From the NCBI GenBank assembly GCA_050575255.1, contig JBNZDD010013718.1:1000429-1064428 (forward strand): a stretch of DNA of 64,000 bases. Direction: 5' to 3'. The stretch is from Harriotta raleighana (lineage: Eukaryota). Below the pieces are notes generated by a model, which saw only the letters and a program-made list of their open reading frames with translations, had not been told where the DNA came from and ran no database searches. The position numbers and the translations under genes are program-made. Position 1 is the stretch's first letter; each line of letters begins with the position of its first letter. Below, piece after piece: positions 63,548-64,000 of the stretch.

Positions 63548-63774
63548 GTAAGTGTTAACCTCTTAATTGCACCACCTCTTCAGTTTATTTAGCGACTCTG
63601 TGACCGGTCCCGTCCGCTCTCAGTAACCTCAGCTGGACACGATTCCGATGACCAAGATATATCTTGCGATGGGACGGGTTCATAATGCCCGGCCGAGCGT
63701 GAACGATGTCCATCCAGATGCCGTCGCGAAAGAGATTCTTGTTTTATTTGATGACTTTTTCTTTTACCCTCCAG

Positions 63775-63905
63775 GAAATGCTCGGAATAGTCTAATCCAG
63801 TTCTCCGTGTGGTTTATCATAATGCTGACTACAGTGGTGTGCATCATGCCAGTTGTGGCATTCAGGTTCCTCGTGTTAGACTTGAAACCGACGCTGAGCG
63901 ACAAG
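63775..63905 (+). CDS. ATP8B4: Coding exon 26 (GNARNSL...MPVVAFRFLVLDLKPTLSDK), TM10
   Basis: cctccag| and |gtatct; no stop codon, so the C-terminal exon lies beyond the window. Confidence 0.95.
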
Positions 63906-64000
63906 GTATCTCGTTTGTGTTCACAGTCGCCACTTGTTTGTTTGTCCGCCCTGTTGCGCTGCGGGACACCCATTCGAACATACTCTCGGCTTATCCTGTG

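Larger units (their letters stand above)
15759..63905 (+). other. ATP8B4: P4-ATPase phospholipid flippase gene, ATP8B4-like; 26 coding exons in window, final exon beyond the window, 5' UTR exons not resolved
   Basis: Hand-spliced exons, all with GT-AG introns and compatible phases, give 1099 uninterrupted codons with P-type/P4 motifs. Segments [21 protein letters not shown] and TSELGSDISRLAEFDG fit ATP8B4 better than ATP8B1/2 as I recall them; orthology needs a phylogeny. Confidence 0.88.

Noticed and set aside
245-63973. Recurrent short ORFs with [13 protein letters not shown] / KSAISNARIII / CKDYY peptides
   Set aside because: Chance translations of the SINE body in several frames, not a protein family.
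245-63973. CRISPR-like or prokaryotic-type system suggested by recurring 30-50 nt motifs
   Set aside because: The motifs are dispersed retroelement tails in both orientations with irregular spacing; no cas-like ORFs; the DNA is a spliced vertebrate locus.

Overview
Eukaryotic vertebrate genomic DNA. The SINE/LINE repertoire points to a cartilaginous fish, possibly the elephant shark Callorhinchus milii (inference, not verified). The window is dominated by one + strand gene, a class-I P4-ATPase phospholipid flippase most similar to ATP8B4. I traced 26 GT-AG coding exons from an ATG at 15797 to 63905; they splice in phase into 3297 nt (1099 codons) with intact DGET, PISL, DKTGT, KGAD, TGDK and GDGAND motifs, and the last exon lies beyond the window. 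Introns and upstream DNA are packed with a young tRNA-derived SINE, older DeuSINE-type copies, L2 and CR1 LINE fragments and a few DNA-transposon relics. Nearly all ORFs in the supplied track are repeat noise. The strongest unexplained signals are a decayed tandem copy of coding exon 3 that keeps its splice sites (32457-32559), a perfect 39-bp-stem intronic hairpin (27533-27617), candidate alternative N-terminal exons, a stop-free in-frame 120-nt intron, recurrent fold-back SINE/LINE tails, and a possible divergent spliced transcript upstream. Duplications flanking single N bases look like assembly artefacts. I found no convincing wholly new gene system.
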